Below are positions 48,425 to 53,590 of a stretch of DNA of 53,590 nt, piece after piece. The notes under the pieces were generated by a model, which did not search any database, was not told the origin of the DNA, and saw only the letters and a program-made list of their open reading frames with translations. The number at the start of each line of letters is the position of its first letter. Position 1 is the first letter of the stretch. The stretch lies in the NCBI GenBank assembly GCA_032718475.1, contig JAUCBJ010007859.1, positions 1-53,590 of the forward strand, written 5' to 3'. The position numbers and the translations under genes were made by a program. The DNA comes from Nemertoderma westbladi. Taxonomy: Eukaryota; Animalia; Xenacoelomorpha.

Positions 48425-49617
48425 ATGACGATAAACTCGAACCCAGAGAAAGATCCACCAACCTCCCCCTCGTCCCCGACTACGCCCTCCGTCCCTCCCG
48501 CTCCCTCGGACGACAATCAACCCACCATTGAATCCCCGACAACTACCTTGTTCCCAACAGAAATCCTCATCAAACTCGACGACATGATAAACAAACCCCG
48601 CTGGGTGGTTCCTGTGCTCCCAAACGGGGAACTCGAGATCCTATTAAACCGGGCAATCGAACTAGCTAGCTCCGGCGCGGATTCGGACATCGACGAATGC
48701 CAACGTTTCTACAAAGAAGGTTTAGTAATTTCCTTCACTAAAATATTAACAGACGACGCAGTTACAGGTTGGAAATTCGAGATCCATCGCTGCATTCTAA
48801 AATGCAACGAAAGATTTATAGATTTAATAACTAAAAAGATAAACCAGGATAATCTATCACTTCTGGATTTATTATCTGTTGTTTTCAATCCTATTTGTAA
48901 GTTTCATATTTACAACAGTAACAGAACCAGCGAAACGGTCCCTGCAGGGCATTCACTAGCGGAAGACGAGTTGTTCGCTCGACCGTGCGACAACCGCGCC
49001 CCTAAAGGGTGGCTAGTCGATCTGATTAATCAGTTCGGCAGTCAAAACGGATTCCAATCACTGCAAGATCGATTCCTACGAGGCGATCTTAACGTCCAAC
49101 TGATAGTGGCGTTATTACGACCGTTCGGACAAACTTCCGAGTTACTAACCGGACACACGATAAAGAAATACTTCCTCCCGATCGTCGATGTTATTATCGG
49201 TTATCTACGGGACTTATCGGACGAGGAATTAAAGAAGGAATCGAAAGTCCCCGGGGAGTCCGGCGGTTCTAAAAACGATAATTTAACAGCGGTGGTTAAA
49301 TTTATTAAAGTTTTAATATCGCGAGTCGGCGGGTTGGAGGAAAAAATAAAAGGCGTTGAAATATTTCGGTTGAAGATGATTCTACGTTTATTGCAAGTTT
49401 CTTCGTATAACGGTAAGATGAACGCGCTGAACGAGATCAATAAAGTTATCGCCAATGTTAGTTGTTACCCCCATCGTCATGGTTACGAGGAGGTCGAGGA
49501 TTGGTTGACCGCCGACCGAATGGCTGAGTGGATCCACGACAACGGGGTCTTGTCTATAGTGCTGAGGGACTCGCTGCATCAACCGCAGTACGTCGAGAAG
49601 CTGGAGAAAATACTGAG
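48425..49617 (+). CDS. USP9X: Ubiquitin carboxyl-terminal hydrolase FAF/USP9X, first large coding exon (N-terminal ~397 aa)
   Basis: [93 protein letters not shown] match recalled USP9X/faf. Similarity ends at AG|gtgggt (phase-2 donor); candidate acceptor ttttgtttcaag at 48320. Confidence 0.95.
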
Positions 49618-52600
49618 GTGGGTGGGGAGAAAGGGAAAGGAGCAGGTTACAGCGCGGAAATACTGAGGTGGGTGGGGAGAAAGGGAAAGGAGCAGGTTAC
49701 AGCGCGGAAATACTGAGGTGGGTGGGGAGAAAGGGAAAGGAGCAGGTTACAGCGCGGAAATACTGAGGTGGGTGGGGAGAAAGGGAAAGGAGCAGGTTAC
49801 AGCGCGGAAATACTGAGGTGGGTGGGGAGAAAGGGAAAGGAGCAGGTTACAGCGCGGAAATACTGAGGTGGGTGGGGAGAAAGGGAAAGGAGCAGGTTAC
49901 AGCGCGGAAATACTGAGGTGGGTGGGGAGAAAGGGAAAGGAGCAGGTTACAGCGCGGAAATACTGAGGTGGGTGGGGAGAAAGGGAAAGGAGCAGGTTAC
50001 AGCGCGGAAATACTGAGGTGGGTGGGGAGAAAGGGAAAGGAGCAGGTTACAGCGCGGAAATACTGAGGTGGGTGGGGAGAAAGGGAAAGGAGCAGGTTAC
50101 AGCGCGGAAATACTGAGGTGGGTGGGGAGAAAGGGAAAGGAGCAGGTTACAGCGCGGAAATACTGAGGTGGGTGGGGAGAAAGGGAAAGGAGCAGGTTAC
50201 AGCGCGGAAATACTGAGGTGGGTGGGGAGAAAGGGAAAGGAGCAGGTTACAGCGCGGAAATACTGAGGTGGGTGGGGAGAAAGGGAAAGGAGCAGGTTAC
50301 AGCGCGGAAATACTGAGGTGGGTGGGGAGAAAGGGAAAGGAGCAGGTTACAGCGCGGAAATACTGAGGTGGGTGGGGAGAAAGGGAAAGGAGCAGGTTAC
50401 AGCGCGGAAATACTGAGGTGGGTGGGGAGAAAGGGAAAGGAGCAGGTTACAGCGCGGAAATACTGAGGTGGGTGGGGAGAAAGGGAAAGGAGCAGGTTAC
50501 AGCGCGGAAATACTGAGGTGGGTGGGGAGAAAGGGAAAGGAGCAGGTTACAGCGCGGAAATACTGAGGTGGGTGGGGAGAAAGGGAAAGGAGCAGGTTAC
50601 AGCGCGGAAATACTGAGGTGGGTGGGGAGAAAGGGAAAGGAGCAGGTTACAGCGCGGAAATACTGAGGTGGGTGGGGAGAAAGGGAAAGGAGCAGGTTAC
50701 AGCGCGGAAATACTGAGGTGGGTGGGGAGAAAGGGAAAGGAGCAGGTTACAGCGCGGAAATACTGAGGTGGGTGGGGAGAAAGGGAAAGGAGCAGGTTAC
50801 AGCGCGGAAATACTGAGGTGGGTGGGGAGAAAGGGAAAGGAGCAGGTTACAGCGCGGAAATACTGAGGTGGGTGGGGAGAAAGGGAAAGGAGCAGGTTAC
50901 AGCGCGGAAATACTGAGGTGGGTGGGGAGAAAGGGAAAGGAGCAGGTTACAGCGCGGAAATACTGAGGTGGGTGGGGAGAAAGGGAAAGGAGCAGGTTAC
51001 AGCGCGGAAATACTGAGGTGGGTGGGGAGAAAGGGAAAGGAGCAGGTTACAGCGCGGAAATACTGAGGTGGGTGGGGAGAAAGGGAAAGGAGCAGGTTAC
51101 AGCGCGGAAATACTGAGGTGGGTGGGGAGAAAGGGAAAGGAGCAGGTTACAGCGCGGAAATACTGAGGTGGGTGGGGAGAAAGGGAAAGGAGCAGGTTAC
51201 AGCGCGGAAATACTGAGGTGGGTGGGGAGAAAGGGAAAGGAGCAGGTTACAGCGCGGAAATACTGAGGTGGGTGGGGAGAAAGGGAAAGGAGCAGGTTAC
51301 AGCGCGGAAATACTGAGGTGGGTGGGGAGAAAGGGAAAGGAGCAGGTTACAGCGCGGAAATACTGAGGTGGGTGGGGAGAAAGGGAAAGGAGCAGGTTAC
51401 AGCGCGGAAATACTGAGGTGGGTGGGGAGAAAGGGAAAGGAGCAGGTTACAGCGCGGAAATACTGAGGTGGGTGGGGAGAAAGGGAAAGGAGCAGGTTAC
51501 AGCGCGGAAATACTGAGGTGGGTGGGGAGAAAGGGAAAGGAGCAGGTTACAGCGCGGAAATACTGAGGTGGGTGGGGAGAAAGGGAAAGGAGCAGGTTAC
51601 AGCGCGGAAATACTGAGGTGGGTGGGGAGAAAGGGAAAGGAGCAGGTTACAGCGCGGAAATACTGAGGTGGGTGGGGAGAAAGGGAAAGGAGCAGGTTAC
51701 AGCGCGGAAATACTGAGGTGGGTGGGGAGAAAGGGAAAGGAGCAGGTTACAGCGCGGAAATACTGAGGTGGGTGGGGAGAAAGGGAAAGGAGCAGGTTAC
51801 AGCGCGGAAATACTGAGGTGGGTGGGGAGAAAGGGAAAGGAGCAGGTTACAGCGCGGAAATACTGAGGTGGGTGGGGAGAAAGGGAAAGGAGCAGGTTAC
51901 AGCGCGGAAATACTGAGGTGGGTGGGGAGAAAGGGAAAGGAGCAGGTTACAGCGCGGAAATACTGAGGTGGGTGGGGAGAAAGGGAAAGGAGCAGGTTAC
52001 AGCGCGGAAATACTGAGGTGGGTGGGGAGAAAGGGAAAGGAGCAGGTTACAGCGCGGAAATACTGAGGTGGGTGGGGAGAAAGGGAAAGGAGCAGGTTAC
52101 AGCGCGGAAATACTGAGGTGGGTGGGGAGAAAGGGAAAGGAGCAGGTTACAGCGCGGAAATACTGAGGTGGGTGGGGAGAAAGGGAAAGGAGCAGGTTAC
52201 AGCGCGGAAATACTGAGGTGGGTGGGGAGAAAGGGAAAGGAGCAGGTTACAGCGCGGAAATACTGAGGTGGGTGGGGAGAAAGGGAAAGGAGCAGGTTAC
52301 AGCGCGGAAATACTGAGGTGGGTGGGGAGAAAGGGAAAGGAGCAGGTTACAGCGCGGAAATACTGAGGTGGGTGGGGAGAAAGGGAAAGGAGCAGGTTAC
52401 AGCGCGGAAATACTGAGGTGGGTGGGGAGAAAGGGAAAGGAGCAGGTTACAGCGCGGAAATACTGAGGTGGGTGGGGAGAAAGGGAAAGGAGCAGGTTAC
52501 AGCGCGGAAATACTGAGGTGGGTGGGGAGAAAGGGAAAGGAGCAGGTTACAGCGCGGAAATACTGAGGTGGGTGGGGAGAAAGGGAAAGGAGCAGGTTAC

Positions 52601-53590
52601 AGCGCGGAAATACTGAGGTGGGTGGGGAGAAAGGGAAAGGAGCAGGTTACAGCGCGGAAATACTGAGGTGGGTGGGGAGAAAGGGAAAGGAGCAGGTTAC
52701 AGCGCGGAAATACTGAGGTGGGTGGGGAGAAAGGGAAAGGAGCAGGTTACAGCGCGGAAATACTGAGGTGGGTGGGGAGAAAGGGAAAGGAGCAGGTTAC
52801 AGCGCGGAAATACTGAGGTGGGTGGGGAGAAAGGGAAAGGAGCAGGTTACAGCGCGGAAATACTGAGGTGGGTGGGGAGAAAGGGAAAGGAGCAGGTTAC
52901 AGCGCGGAAATACTGAGGTGGGTGGGGAGAAAGGGAAAGGAGCAGGTTACAGCGCGGAAATACTGAGGTGGGTGGGGAGAAAGGGAAAGGAGCAGGTTAC
53001 AGCGCGGAAATACTGAGGTGGGTGGGGAGAAAGGGAAAGGAGCAGGTTACAGCGCGGAAATACTGAGGTGGGTGGGGAGAAAGGGAAAGGAGCAGGTTAC
53101 AGCGCGGAAATACTGAGGTGGGTGGGGAGAAAGGGAAAGGAGCAGGTTACAGCGCGGAAATACTGAGGTGGGTGGGGAGAAAGGGAAAGGAGCAGGTTAC
53201 AGCGCGGAAATACTGAGGTGGGTGGGGAGAAAGGGAAAGGAGCAGGTTACAGCGCGGAAATACTGAGGTGGGTGGGGAGAAAGGGAAAGGAGCAGGTTAC
53301 AGCGCGGAAATACTGAGGTGGGTGGGGAGAAAGGGAAAGGAGCAGGTTACAGCGCGGAAATACTGAGGTGGGTGGGGAGAAAGGGAAAGGAGCAGGTTAC
53401 AGCGCGGAAATACTGAGGTGGGTGGGGAGAAAGGGAAAGGAGCAGGTTACAGCGCGGAAATACTGAGGTGGGTGGGGAGAAAGGGAAAGGAGCAGGTTAC
53501 AGCGCGGAAATACTGAGGTGGGTGGGGAGAAAGGGAAAGGAGCAGGTTACAGCGCGGAAATACTGAGGTGGGTGGGGAGAAAGGGAAAGG
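49608..53590. repeat. 50-bp perfect purine/G-rich minisatellite x~80 spanning the USP9X exon-intron junction
   Basis: Unit AAATACTGAGGTGGGTGGGGAGAAAGGGAAAGGAGCAGGTTACAGCGCGG; no variant seen; continues to the window end. Confidence 0.98.

Noticed and set aside
49618-49666. USP9X C-terminus [15 protein letters not shown] as a real protein end
   Set aside because: It is read-through into the intron and array; homology stops at the GT donor.

Overview
Repeat-dense animal (probably invertebrate bilaterian) genomic DNA; no prokaryotic features. Two host genes are visible on the + strand: three duplicated phase-1/phase-1 exons of an IQ-motif protein resembling neurogranin/GAP-43/Igloo (23668-31669), and one large N-terminal exon of USP9X/fat facets (48425-49617). 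The rest is nested retroelement debris (a Gypsy LTR-PBS-gag-pro-RT 5' part fused directly to a BEL/Pao integrase, plus L2/CR1, RTE, RTE-X-like and CRE-type LINEs), several MITE-like elements, and about 24 kb of tandem arrays. The most striking pattern is that several arrays are amplifications of a short piece of the host sequence in place: a 62-bp piece of an L2 ORF2 end, a 41-bp piece inside a CR1 ORF2, a 26/87-bp piece of a CRE endonuclease, and a perfectly homogeneous 50-bp piece spanning the USP9X splice donor (about 80 copies, running off the window end). All family assignments come from recalled motifs, not database searches, and copy numbers are hand estimates.
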